The notes under the pieces were generated by a model. The model saw only the letters and a list, made by a program, of their open reading frames with translations, made no database searches and was not told the origin of the DNA. Below, piece by piece: positions 36,064 to 49,394 of a stretch of DNA of 64,000 bases (the stretch's first letter is position 1; each line of letters begins with the position of its first letter). Source of the DNA: Callorhinchus milii (Eukaryota); assembly GCF_018977255.1 (NCBI RefSeq), contig NW_024704743.1:21144001-21208000 (forward strand), written 5' to 3'. The position numbers and the translations under genes were made by a program.

Positions 36064-36794
36064 ATAATCAATGCGAGAATACAGGAAAGAATTGGCCATT
36101 TTCATAAATAAACATTCCTTTCACACTCAGCAGATTTATGTTTTGCTGCATAGTTGTGTGTGGAAGTGTTTACACCACATGTGTGGCTTGGGAAATAGAG
36201 AGCGTTTCCATACCTCCGACTTACAAATGAGTTGACAATATACATTCATTTTAAGTTTCCTGAAAACCTATAGAATGTAATAGATGCTGCCACTTGTGAG
36301 GTTGACAAGAGTTAATGCACAATGTATTGTATGATTCTGTCAAGCTTTCTTAACATATTCCACATAGCTGTTGCCTATGACATATGCTTTGTGTTTAAAG
36401 TTGCAAACCTCGTCTCCTTTTAAACTGCCCTGGTGCACTTTGTATATTAAATGGCTCTTCAGACTGGATTGTTGGACTGGGAGGTACTGCGGCAGGAAAA
36501 ACCAGGAGAAAGTCATGTGGACTGAAAAGTTAGACACCTGTTGGGCCCCTGACAGAGAGCAGCACAGGGATTGAACTACCAGTGGCTTCTTTCAGCTACA
36601 CTACAACCCACTGTTCAGCTGAGAGCCATTAATGTTAAATAAAGGATATGTTTTACTGTCATTTTGCCAGTTTATGTTTTTTTAAAGATCAGTTGGACAG
36701 CTTGCAGAAGTACTATGTTTGTAAAGTGCTTGAGAAAAGGCAGCTGTAATTCTTAGGTGTAGACTTTTGTAAAACATTAGCTCCAGTCTAGAAA

Positions 36795-36861
36795 ATGGAA
36801 GGGAATTCAACCTTCGAGTCTGAGCAGTGCCTGAAAGAACCAGAAAGCAGACATGTTAAGG
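36795..36861 (+). CDS. KIAA1217: KIAA1217 / sickle tail homolog, first coding exon
   Basis: gaaaATGG Kozak context; encodes MEGNSTFESEQCLKEPESRHVK+G, resembling the human N-terminus MEENESQKCEPCLPYSADRRQMQ; donor G|GTGAGT; phase 1 joins exon 2 to give GAT (Asp) in frame. Confidence 0.82.
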
Positions 36862-39412
36862 GTGAGTAACAAATTCACTAAACGGATGGATTACTGTATG
36901 AACACCGGCTGACTGCATTCTAGAGAACCAGAGTTTACTGCTACATAAATCAGAATGAACCTGTAAAACTTGTAGTAGTTTGCTGCTTACCCTCTGTGTA
37001 TATGTGTATCTGTGCGTGTGTGTGCTTGGATATGTTTTACAGGAAACGGTATTAAAATAGCCTTAATGCGTGGCATGTTCATGTTGATCTCCGAAGTGTA
37101 AATGGAGTAACTCACTCAGCCAATGTGACACTGGAAATGCTGTTCTCCCTAAACAAGGAGAATGAGTGATCTTTCTTTGTACCACTTTGTACTGCAGCAG
37201 GACTTTTATATTGTACCACAAGAGCAGTTGCCCTGTTAAAAGTGTAGCAGCACGTTTTTTTGTGCCAAGGACAGACTTGATGTTAAGTACAACAACAGGA
37301 TCTCTAAATATAATTTTTAGCACTGTTGGAATGTTGGAGGATTAGATTTTTTGCTCATTGCGAGAGCTCAGAATTTAATCTGGATTGGAGCCAAGTAATT
37401 CACTCGTTTATTTTCTGTGGGAGCATTTGAAATTCTCACTGTATTTAACTAGTTTTAAATTCCTAAAACACCAGTCAACTCCGATTTAATCTTCAGTTTC
37501 ACGTTTGTCTCTAAGAAACCACATAGTTCCTCTGTTGGAACTGGAGAATTCTGCTATTATTATCTTTTTTATGCAATCCAGTATGGTTGCAGTGTTAGGT
37601 TTTGGTTTTGAATGACTATCCAAGCTTTGAGCATAGGAAGGCTCTTTGTATAGCATAATTGGGCAGTGAAGAAAGATTTCACTTCCTTTATTAAAAAATG
37701 AGATGAGTACACTAGACCACGCCTAATGTAATAGCACATTTAAATCCCTACGGTGCTGAACTACTAGATGTTACACACAAATGTGTATGCCTGGTTTTAA
37801 GCCCACCAGTTTTACTTGTACTGTAACTTTTTTAAAAAAGTTTATTTAAAGAAATGAAAAGCTAAGGGGGGGAGTACAGTGATGTTAGTTAAGGGTTTAA
37901 GGATCTGAGCAAAGAAGGAATGATATGTGATTTAATTTTAAGGCTTGTTTATTCACTTATAGCTCACAAAATATACAGTGAATTCATATTACAGTAAATT
38001 CTGTGAAGCGCTTTGAGATATCTCAAAGACGTGATGAGGCGCTATATAAAATGCAAGGATTATTATTTTGCCATTGTTTGTTTTGTGTTTTTTTGGGGTT
38101 CCGGAAAGTTGAATAGAAAATAAATGATTGATGCAGCCTGCTCGTGGGATATAACAAGTAATTACTGTTAATAGTTCTGTTGAATTAGACTGCTTCTTTG
38201 GGTGTAGATTTGTTGACGAATGACGAACAGTGGAGACATTTTTTTTGTGGTGGTTGAGTTTTTCTGGTTGTGCTTAGCATTGTTCTTGTGAAAAGTATGC
38301 ATAGCAAAGAATCTCATTTTGCAGATCATTAACCGGATATGTGAAAGATCCAATTGATAACTGCTACTCGAAGGGTTAATTTAGCAGATAACAGCATTCA
38401 TTCCAAAGAATGTCTGGAACTGACTGACTCTCTGGGCTTTGGCCCTGATGCCGACTTTTGGTATTTGCCCTTTGATCATTAATCTTCCTCATTCTGAAAT
38501 CTTACCAAGGGTGTTGGATTTCAGTGTTTGTGTGTTATGTTGTAACTCAGTTGCCTTGAATCTGAAAGTCAAACTGCAAAGGTTTCGAACCTGCTCTCGA
38601 TGCCAGCTCTACTCCCTGTTTGATGTCTCCCCCTTTTCTTTAATGGCTGTTTTGCATGCTACCTATGTTATTTCCAACTAGTTGGGGTTATTAGATTTCA
38701 AGATCCTGCCGGATTCCTTCCTCAAAATCCTGTTTTTTTGGTGTGTGATTCCTGCAACCTTGTCCTGTTTTGTGATTTAAGTCTAGGGCTAAAAGGTCCC
38801 TCATGGTCAACTTGAACTTCAATGTTTTAAAATTGTCTTTAATATCGAAGGTGGTTCAGAATATCAAATTCGGTCAGCCTTGATTTGGCGATTGTTTTTC
38901 TCTTTAAGAATGGTGGAAAATCTACTTCTACATTGAGAGTGAATCTTCCAAAATCCTGCATGATCTTACATTTTAAACAACAGTCTTCAGCTAAAGATCA
39001 TTATACATTTCGGGCATCTTTTGGGTTTTTTTTGAGTCAAAAGTTACCAAAAAGTGTCTTTTAATTCAGCCAACTGCACTAACACACTTCAGGCTGGGTT
39101 GAATTTCCGATTGACTTATTATTTCTTTCTATTACTGTTGAACAGTATTGAGTTGAAATGTTGCATTATACAACAACCCCAAGGCATTCCAATAAAGTCA
39201 GTTAAAGCAAAGAAGTATTGAGGTCAATTTTACATGTAAAAATCAGCGAACAAAGTTGTTTTGATAGCAGAGACTAGGAAACCAGGTTAAAGTAATGATA
39301 CTGTATTTGTTTTACATTTTATCCACTAGGTGAAGCTAGAGGTTTCATTTTAGGGCACGTATATGCTGTGCAACTCAATGGTGTGTTGGAGGGAAAAGGG
39401 AAGAGAGGGTTA

Positions 39413-40268
39413 GCTGGATGAGTGCAAATTTCCTTCAGCTAATCGTTGACAAGATGGAAGCCATACTCTTTGGCTCACGTCAACATCTAAAATCTCATGG
39501 CTCTCACCTCCTCCATCTACCTGACCTCCCCCTAAAACTCTCCGAACCCGTACGCAACCTAGGCATCAGGTTCAACGTCCAATTATCCTTCCTCCCCCAC
39601 ATCTGGTCCCTCACCAGCACTGCTTTCTTCCACCTTCGACGCATCACCCGTCTCCGCCAATCTCTCCCCAAAAGCCGCTGAAACCCTGGTCTATCCCTTT
39701 GTCACCTCTCGGCTGGACTATTCTAACGCCGTCCTCGCCGGTCTCCCCTCCACTACCATCCATAAAATCCAAATCATTCAAAACTCTGCCGCCCGCATTC
39801 TCACCCGCACTAACCTCCGCTCCCAGATCACCCCAGTCCTTGCCAGACTGCACTGGCTGCCTGTCTCAGAGAGGATCGACTTCAAGATCCTCACCCTTGT
39901 ATTCAAGTCCCTGCACTCCTCTGCACCCCCCTACCCCTCTTATCTCCTCTCTCCTCAAAACAGTACCCGTTGCCTTCGTTCCTCCGGGTCTGGCCTCCTC
40001 CTCGTCCCCCGAGTCCTCCGCTCCACCCTCGGTGGCCGTGCCTTCAGCCACTATGCCCCAAGGCTCTGGAACTGCCTTCCTCACTCCCTTCGTCTCACTC
40101 CCTCCCTTCCCATTTTCAGGTCACTGCTGAAGACCTTTCTTTTCGACTGCGCCTTTGGTCACTTTCTCCCCCCCTTCCTCGGCTTGGTCCCGGGATCCGT
40201 TACTGTAAAGCGCTCTGAGACGCCGTCCGGTGTGGAGGGCGCTATATAAATCCAAGTTGTTGTTGTTG
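39413..40268 (+). mobile_element. Young L2 LINE 3' ~0.86 kb (subfamily A)
   Basis: WMSANFLQL..KMEAILFG...VRNLGIRF; highly similar to the reverse complement of 21672-22433; (TTG)n tail. Confidence 0.92.
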
Positions 40269-42839
40269 TAGAAAATAAATTTTACTGCTTGTCTGCACAG
40301 GAATGTGGAAGGAAACTGCCTGGATGGTTAACTGTTTCTCCCTTACTTAATGAAGGACTTGGTGTGTTTGTAAACTATATGGTGTACATGCATGAAGAAG
40401 AAAGGAATGAAAGGGTATGGGTAGAGGGGACTAGGAAGGGTTGAGGTCCCAGGTGGAATATACAAATGCAAAGTCACAACTCTTTACACTCTATCCTGTT
40501 TACTGAAGCACTTTCAGACATTGTCCTGACATGGAAGGTACTACACTAAATATAATAAATCAATATTAAACACCAGTATGATCTAGTTGGGCTGATGGCA
40601 TGTTTCCGTGTTGTCACGTTTTATGTAATTCTGCACTATCTGCTGTTAAAATTGATGAGAAGGGGAGAGATAAGAAACACAGATGAACATATAAAGGGTC
40701 AGTCATCCAACTTCATCTAATCCAAATGGTAATAAAACAGTACACATTAGTTGTCGCTACTTAGTTACTATGAAAAATGGTGACAATTCCAATGCAGATT
40801 AGCTTTCCATTATAATCCACCACTAATACTTAGCATCTGTTAAACCCATTTTTATTTTAGACAGCTCTCTAACCAATGGCACTTCTTTAACATTGCAGAT
40901 TGCATTGGCAGAGGTTACATTTACAGTATATCCTTACAGTAACTACTTGCCTGCCGTGGTCCAATGTAGGTGGAGGAATTGCACCACTGGTAATGGGGAC
41001 AATTCTTTGTTACTTTGCAAAAGAAAATTCAAGAGAAAATTTACTTGCACTAGCACCAGCATGAAAATACATCCGAACAAGGTGAATTCTCATCCCTCCC
41101 CCCCCCACCCCGCCTCCCTTCACATACATGCAGTGGAATTGAAGCTTATGATAAGAAAAGGACATTCAGAATATCAAGCCCATTCCATTCTCACACACAT
41201 GGAAAGCTTATCCTATTGTGGACTTCATGTCACCCACTTGATTTCAAGATTTTGCATAGAAACTGTCCAAAAATAAACAAGCAAGAGTCACTGTCTTCTT
41301 CCAAATCTGTCTCTCCGGGATTCAACCTGGAATCCTTACTTCCACATCAAAATTCCCTCTCCCCAAGCCCCTTCAGGAGAGAAATCATTGTGTCCCATGA
41401 AGTATTGGCTCTGTCAGTTTGCAGTTAACCCCTATATCTTCCAATAGTGTTGTCAGACAGATATTTATCTAGTTCTTTATTGAATGAAAACAAAGGAAGC
41501 TTGCAAACCTTTTTTGTATGAACTCGGGATTGTAGTCCATTGATATTAATATTGTGTTTCTATTAAAAGTTTTTATTTTGTCTGAAAATATTTCATGCCG
41601 AAAACTTAATCAACAAAATAGAAATTGTAATCAGATTTTATCCTCCCTAGTGCTAGGAAGGCTAGGGCCAATTTAGCCACCCCATGCAGCCCTGGCTGAG
41701 ACAAGGATTGTCAAGCATTGACTAGCAAATCACTGGTCTATAAACTGTAGTTTTATTCCTCTCAGCATCAGGGCTGATCCTGCTATAACAATTAATTGTA
41801 TATTATTCGTAATATTGTCTATAATTTTTTAAATTTTCACCCCATTAGCATATCCTCTGCTCCTGAGCCCCAGTCTCCTCATACTGGGTGTGCGCAATTG
41901 GCTGCCGCATTTCGCTCACAAAATATACAGTCAATCCACTTTATAGTATATTCTGTAATAAGGCATTATATCAAATGGAAGGATTATTATTATTATATAA
42001 AGAAGGTTGCGGCCAATTTAGCCTTACAAATGGAGCCCTGGCTGAGAGCAGGATTTGAACCAGTCAGCTCTTGGTGCATAAGCTGCAATTCTAACCCCTA
42101 AACCATCTGTGCTTTCCCAAGAGAACAATAATTGCAGATGAACATTTCGATGCAAAAATGGGTCTCCAACAAAAATAATTAATTCTTTCATACATGCAGA
42201 CCAAAGCTTGGTTCTGAAACTGAATTGGAGATCATTTGGCAGTAATTGTTCATTCTGTTTGTTCCCCCGAGGAAATTCTCTTTAAAACTGTCTCTGACTT
42301 GGGTAGTTTTAAACATCAGAAAGTCCCCCAAAACTACTGTTCTAAACCTTTTTAGAAGCTATTTTTAGGAGGCTTGTTTAATTATCTTGCCCGATCAAAA
42401 TACAAGTTTCCAATATTTCTTTCAAAGCATTATTTTAACAACAATTTGCAGGGTAATACCTGAGAGCGCTTTTCAGGGACAGTGTTGGAGACTAAGCAAA
42501 GAAGTGAGGGGATGTGGGCGAGGCGAGTGGGGGGTCAGGGACTGAGGTAAGTGGCTATAGGCGCATTTGAAGATGCAAGATTTAAAATGGGACGTAGATA
42601 CAGTAAGTGAGGAGACGAGGTGGATTGGTGGAGGAAGGGAGTTCCAGAACTTGGGGGAGTAGGAACTAAAGGCTCATCCTTCAAATTTCATTAACGTGTA
42701 TTGTCAGTGAAAGGTGCTATAAAATGCAAGTTATTATTAAGATTAATCAAAAGATTTCGGAGGCGATTGTAAGCAGGTTGAGTTCTAGTAAGAGCCCCCT
42801 CTGGGAGCCAAACTCCAAGAGGAGCATCAGCAGTTTCTT

Positions 42840-43185
42840 TGCACCCTTCCTCTCTTAAAGTAAGTGATTCACAGCAGGGCAATATTCCATAGTTTCCTGC
42901 AGCTTGCTTGTACCTTGGCTAAATAACCTTTCTTCATGTGTGAGATGGGATAGGATGTCTCGACAAGCTACAGTAATTGCTTTGGATGGAATTGGGTGGA
43001 CATCCTTGAGGAGCCTGAATCTATGTACATATGGCATCTCAGATTGTTTGGTAGGAGCAGGAATTCAACCTTACTTTTTCAACTGCCTGGCCTCAGGACA
43101 TTGAGAGCAATTGCAGGGTATCCAGCCAGATAATTCCACACAGTCAAAGGGTCAACCATGGGACTTTCCTCAACTGTACAGTGTG
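42840..43185 (-). mobile_element. AmnSINE2-like SINE, near full length, degenerate
   Basis: taccttggc...ttcttcatgtgtgag...ggagcaggaattc...ggacattgagagcaattgcag...cacacagtcaaagggtcaaccatgggactttcct. Confidence 0.5.
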
Positions 43186-44201
43186 TTTCATCTCCACGTC
43201 ACTCACTTGCAGTTGTCCACCGAGTGATTTGGATGAGCCTCTGCTCAGATCTTTTCAATGAGATTTCTGTTTTTCTGAAAGCTCTAAAACTGCTACAAAT
43301 CATCCCTTTAATGTTCCTGTTTTTGGTGCAGAAGGTGAAGTCTTGCCATTCACATTATGGTTACAGCACATTCAATTTGAAACCAACTCTGTCAGGTAAC
43401 CTAATATCTTGTGGCAGCCACCCTGAACTTTATTTTTTTTTAGCTTTTCAGACTTCATGGTGTGCTAAGGAATTTACTGAATATCCACGATTTATAGAAC
43501 TTCCTGCTGTGCCTAACTTTCTAATATCCATTGCAATCACATGTCTTGTTTCAGACAGTGTTCAGTTTGACATATTTTTCCCATCGGGCATTATAAACGC
43601 GACCTAAGTTTACCAAATACAGAAAGATTCCTGTAGCTATCGGTTGATTAGAATATGCACTGTCAGAGAGATCTATTTAATGGAAACCAGATTGAGTTGT
43701 ATAGACTAAAAACAATGGCTCTTATAAAAATAAAAACTCTAATCTCTTCAGCTCAGAGATCAAAACACTTAAGAACTAGAACAAAACCAGCTGATATTTT
43801 GAATGATAAAGCTTGAGTGAACTTCTTTGACCTTTATTTGTTTCTGAACAAAAGTAACTCACTTTTTTAATAAATTAGTTGTATTTGTGCGTAATTAAGT
43901 GAACATTTCTCTCCGATACCTGAGGCTGGACATTCTAACCGGAAGGAATCAACCCCACAAGCCCTTTTCTGCCTTTGGCTTGCTTACTACAACATAGATA
44001 AGGCTACTCTGATCCAGTTAGTAGTTAGTTATTTGAGCAAAATTTAGACATGGGGACGTTGCAGATGTCTTGAGACAAATCTCATGAAGAGACCCTTGTC
44101 ATAAAGCAGGAGACTAGTTTTCTGCAGGAATTGTGCTGGTAGACAATAGAAATTAACGAATTTCCAACTCTCTGGTAGGACGTTCCTCACACTTGCGTAT
44201 A

Positions 44202-44280
44202 CAGTGCAACCTCGATTATCCATCATCATGAAGAAGTCCTCTCAGTGAATAAATGAAATTAGATAGTTGAGGTTCCATTG
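44202..44280. mobile_element. Degenerate Tigger/pogo-type MITE
   Basis: TA-CAGTGCAACCTCGATTATCC and an imperfect inverted copy agatagttgaggttccattg-ca (16/22 including flanks). Confidence 0.4.
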
Positions 44281-44782
44281 CATACAAGTAAGTAAATTAA
44301 AAATGATTTCCCACCCATTACTTTGAGAGGATCTGTACTTTCAGAAAACAGCAAGTCCAAGATTATCGGAGGAGCTGAAAAAACTAATATTGACTTATTG
44401 TACCTCACATCAATACTGGGGTGTATTCCAATCACCTTCTTGACAAGCTGTGTCAAGATATTCACTTCTTGGGAGCTGTGGTCTGGGAAAGGAGCAGAAA
44501 GAATTATGGCAGAGAACTGAGAAGGTGGATGAGCAGATTGGGGACAAATATAACTGTAATATGTCACAATCTTTGGTGGTTTCCATTAAAATGTCAAATA
44601 TAATCTCACTCCCTCACACTTCTTTCTGAAAACATCAGTTTGTCTTTGTTTATACCTGAACAATGGTTTGGGTATATTGAACTCTTGTTTTACTGGACAT
44701 GAACTAATAAAGCAATTAGATTAGAAATCTCAGTCAGGATAGCAGGAAAGATGGCTGGTGTAGGAAATAGAAAACACACACA

Positions 44783-44801
44783 GGTCCAGTAGGTGGCGCA
44801 C
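44783..44801 (+). promoter_or_regulatory. Candidate CTCF site
   Basis: CCAGTAGGTGGCGC at 44786-44799 fits the CTCF core CCASYAGRKGGCRS. Confidence 0.5.
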
Positions 44802-44904
44802 TATACCACCTTTGGGACATTGACTTGAATACTTATTGTTGGAACGAAAGGATGTGCATCCTTCACCTGGTTTTACTATACCTGATCTAGATGGTTAGTT
44901 GGTC

Positions 44905-45620
44905 TGCCAACCTATCTCAGTTGGTAACACTCTTGTCTGAGTCAGAAGGTTGTGGATTCAACTGACTGCCTATCCAGGTGGACAATAAAGATCCCATGGC
45001 ACTAGTCAAAAAAAAGAAGAGTTTCTCCATGGGTCCTGGGCAATAATCCCTCAAAGAAAAATTCACTTTATTGTTATTTTATTATTCATGGCTATTTGTG
45101 GAGTCCTGTAGCATATTGGTTAGAGCACTCGCTTTGCAAGCAAGAGGACCTGGGTTTGATTCCTGGGCAGGGCAAAACATTAGGAAAGTTTTCTTACTCC
45201 ACACGCCTCTGTTTACCTAGCAGTGATAGGAACCAGGTGATTAGTCAATTGACAGGTCGCTTTTCGGGAGGAATAATCCCTTCAACAATGTGTTTAAAAA
45301 ATAATAACTTGATCACTCAATCCACGACTGTTTGTAGGACACTACTGTGAGCAATTGGCTGCCGTGTTTTGCCCACAAAATATACAGTCATTTCACTTCA
45401 CAGTATGTTCTGTGAAGCGCTTTCAGATGTCTCGAAGATGTGGTAAGGCGCTATATCAAATGCAAAGATTATTATTATGGCTGTTTGTGGGGCATTGCTG
45501 TGTGCAAATTACCTGCTGCATTCGCCTATAAAAATGCACAGTCACTACCCTTGATATTATATCCTGTGAAGTGTTTTGAACCACAGGATTTAAATGTAAG
45601 AATTATTATTATTATTAATT
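44905..45620 (+). mobile_element. SacSINE1-like SINE split by a long-variant SINE (45100-45476)
   Basis: The inner SINE is flanked by the duplication atggct(a/g)tttgt (45088-45099 and 45477-45488). Confidence 0.82.
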
Positions 45621-45699
45621 AGACATGCTTGGATCACAAGAAGTTTGCATTTGATCTCATCTTTCCAAGTAGCTTCCTCACAGTTCTTCCAACGATAAC

Positions 45700-46190
45700 A
45701 AACAAGAAATTACATTTGTGTAGCATCTTTCATGTTTCAAGCTCATGTTTCAAGATGTCACAAGGTGCTGGACAGTCACCCAAGCTGCTGGATTGCGTCT
45801 AGGGGTGGGCAGCAAGGGTAGTGGAAATGGGAAGATGACCAAAGGCACAGTCGAAGAGGCAGGTCAAGAGACGGACCTTGAAGGAGGCAAGGGAGAGGGC
45901 GAGGTGGAGGGACTCTGAGGTGGAGATCCGGAGGGTGGGTGCAGAAAGGCTAAAGATCCGACCTCTGATGGTGAAGTGGGCAGGGCAAGAGGGCATGGAG
46001 CAGGCCAGTACCCGCTGAATGGAAGGACCGGACAGGTTGGTTGGGTTTTAGGGGTCACAGGTAGGGCGTAGCAAGAGTGTGGAGGGCTTTAAAGGTTTTT
46101 AAATAAGGAATTTAGCTCGATCATCTGTGGGATGGAGAGCCAGTGAAGCCGAGCGAGGATGGGGGTGATGGGCTAATGGAGCTTAGTGAA
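45700..46190 (-). mobile_element. L2 3' fragment
   Basis: gaccaaaggcacagtcgaagagg...ttgaaggaggcaaggg...ggagagccagtgaagccgagcgaggatgggg. Confidence 0.8.
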
Positions 46191-46525
46191 GGATTTACTC
46201 ATTTACTATGTTTTAAATGAGTCTTGTGTCTTATATTCAACCACCCTTGCTGATAACATGTTCTGGCTGTCAACTTGTGTAATGATATACTTCTTGGTGT
46301 CTGCCCTTATGTTGTGACTGAGGGCCCAAAACAGGGTAGTGTTGCATTCCCTCAGTGCTGTATCCCTCACCCTGATCAGAATTTGTTTAATAAATACTGT
46401 AGATAAATCACGGATTTCATATTTGTGTTCTTCATATCCAAATTCAGATTAAAGCCTGCAAATTACTGTATTTAATGTTGCCAAATGCAGGGGATTCTGA
46501 AAAACCAGTAGGTTACATCCTTCAA

Positions 46526-47090
46526 ACAACAATAACTTGCATTTATATAGCACACTTTACACGGGGTAGCATCCAGGAGCGCTTGACAGTGGCGGAGTCT
46601 GACAACGAGGGGCGGTGACCATAAGCACGATCAAAAAGGAAGGGCTTTAAGCGGGATTTGAAGGTGGGGAGGGCTGGGTCAAGGCGGAGGGATTGAGGGA
46701 GAGAGTCCCAGGGTTTCGGGACGTAGTGGCTGAAGGTATGGCCACCGAGGAGCGAGGGACAAACATGAATCTGGAGCCAGCCGAGGGGAGATAGCGGGTG
46801 GTGGAGTGGGGGAGTAAGCAAATCAGATAGGTAGGGAGGTGTGAGGACATGAAGGGATTTGAAAACGAGTGAGAGGATCTTGAAATCGATCCGTTCGGTA
46901 ATTCAGAGCCAGTGGAGTCCTGGCAAGGACTGGTGTGATGGGGTTACGGAGTTGCGTGCGGGTGAGTATCTGGGGAGTGGAGTTTTGAATTAATTGTATT
47001 TTGTGTATGAAGCCCAGCGAGGAGGGCAATGGAATAGTCCCGCCGGGAAGTGACAAAGGCGTAGACGAAGGTTTCAGCTGCGTTTTTACG
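46526..47090 (-). mobile_element. L2 3' fragment
   Basis: AAETFVYAFVTSRRDYS and HTFSHYVPKPWDSLP remnants; tail aacaataacttgcatttatatagc. Confidence 0.85.
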
Positions 47091-47257
47091 AAGTAGGAGA
47101 CTGGTGGTTTTTTTTGACTGTTGTCTCCCTACTTGCACCAAGTTCATAGTTGCTGATCAAATGTTTGATTTGATGACTTGCTTGATCTGAGTTCTGTTTC
47201 AGCTCTATGTGGTGACTCTGTTAAGGTTGAGTGGCGCCTGGAAGTTATGGAACAAAC

Positions 47258-47480
47258 TAGGGTGGTCCAACTGGCGGCTCGTGGGCCACATCTGGCCCGC
47301 GGGCCGATTTTATTCTCTCCTTCCTTTTCATCTGGCCCATCCGCTCCCTCCATAACCATAACTCGTAAATGCTATGTTATGTTTTTGAAGGGAAATGCAA
47401 AAATATTGCTTAAACGGCCTGCGGATGGTTTTCAAATAGGGGTATCCGGTCCTCAGCAGCCAAAAGGTTGGACCACCCTA
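47258..47480. mobile_element. hAT (Charlie-type) MITE, 223 bp
   Basis: Perfect 14-bp TIR TAGGGTGGTCCAAC / GTTGGACCACCCTA, subterminal ggcccgcgggcc motifs, degenerate 8-bp TSD gaacaaac/gaataatc. Confidence 0.8.
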
Positions 47481-49394
47481 GAATAATCCACAGCGCATGT
47501 TGTCTAAAAAGGCGTTTCCGGTCTTGCCATTGTGATGAGAAAATGAAAGGGTAAAGTTATGAAAGGTTATAGGGCAAGGGAAAGTAAATGGGATTAGAGC
47601 AGATAACATTAATAGGAGGGAGCTAGCATCGCACAGGCACAATACGATAACTTGTCTCCTTCTGTGTTGAAATGTCTATGTTTGTATTTCATTTAAGATC
47701 TAGAATGGAATCTCTAAAGATATTTCAGAATGTTTCAGAAGATCTTATAGATTTCCTGACAGCAGACGCACCAAGGGCATTTTATCTATGTCAACTAACA
47801 TCAGCCTTTTCATATGCTTTCCATCTCGTAGGCTTATGCTGACATTCCAATGCAGTAACGGGAGAATCTTATCCCATCTTTTGGGTGAGATGTTAAACTG
47901 AGGGTCCTATCTGCGTGTTCAGGTAGACATTAATGATCCCCAAATTCACCTCAAGGCTGTTTATTATAATAACAGTTACTCACTTGGTGCATACATGCAG
48001 AAGAAGGAATACAGGGGAAAAGAAAGGGTGAGGGCTCGTGTGGGGCTCGTGGCCTGTTTCTGTGCCTTGTCATTCTAGGTAACTCTATGCATCTGTTTGC
48101 AGGATGTGTTGGCACAAATAACTGCTGTGTTTGAGCAAATGTTACGTTAGAAAAGCAGTACCAAAAGCTCTCCCACAACACGTTCCCACATTCATCAACA
48201 CTTCGTGTTTGAGTTTTAGCCAAATGTGGAACTGAGTTACATGTCACTCCTCCACATAAAATTCAACATCCACTTTATGACTTCTTATGGAACATTGCTG
48301 TACTCAAATTCACTGCCACTTTTGCCTGCAAAATACACAGTCACGACACTTTACAGTAACGCGTGTGAAGTACTTTGAGACATCTTGGATGCTGTAACAA
48401 GACACTGTGTCAAATGCAAGTATTATTATTATTATCTTGGTTGGTTGGTTGGTTGGAGTTGCTCCTGCCATGTCTTATCTGCAGGTATCTGTATTGCTGT
48501 TCACTAATCGGCTCAAACTACTCTGGAATTCTTCAAAAGATACAAACTCGCCTCCAGTAAACAATCACTGATCTGCTTGATCTTGGAAGCTCTACTATTT
48601 AGGCCAATATAACATTAGGCGTTGATCCATTAGTCCAGATAAAAGCATTACAGTAATCCAGCAATGTGCCCAAAATGATATTTCCAACTCAAGTACGCCA
48701 GGACACTACCTCGCATGAAGGACACCATATAAATGCAAGTTGTTGTTGTTGATGTGGACTACTAGAAATATTAAGATTCCATCGAGGATTCCGTTCAATA
48801 TATCCAGTAACAAAAGCCTGTTCTGTCATTTTATTAGATTATGTCAAATCGTTCAATTCAACTTTCCTGCCTTTACCCTATAGAATACAATCACTACACT
48901 TTACAATAACTCCTGTGAAGCACTTTGAAACACCCTTTGGATGTATAAGATGCTATGTCAAATGCAAAGGTTGTTATTTATTGTTTTTCTCCATATACCT
49001 TAATATTCTCACTTCTCACCCTTACTTTAGGATCATTAACTAGGAATGAATTGATGTTTGAGAAGCCACCCTTTCTGGGAAAACTTTGAACACTTTCATT
49101 TATTTTGAAAAAGGCCCTTTCTTGATAGGACAATGGCAATTCTCTGATTCAGTATTTATTTAATATGCTTTCATTACCAGAGCTGTCAATCTGAACAATT
49201 TTATTATGGCAGGATCTATTCAATGATAATAATCTTTGCATTTGACATGGTGCCTTATCACATCAAAACAGTGCAGTCTTTGAGGATTTGTTGATGGGTG
49301 ATCAATTTGCACTTAGTAATGTTCCACAAATAAGAAGGAGGTGAGTGACCAATTTAACTGGAAGATTATTGGAAAGGACACCAGGAGAAACTCA

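Noticed and set aside
42030..42118. Minus-strand A-box/B-box (ggttcaaatcc) tRNA-like sequence
   Set aside because: Stems do not pair properly; most likely a decayed SINE head.
43158..43607. 149-aa ORF
   Set aside because: No recognisable domain, starts in a SINE remnant, and has no convincing splice context.
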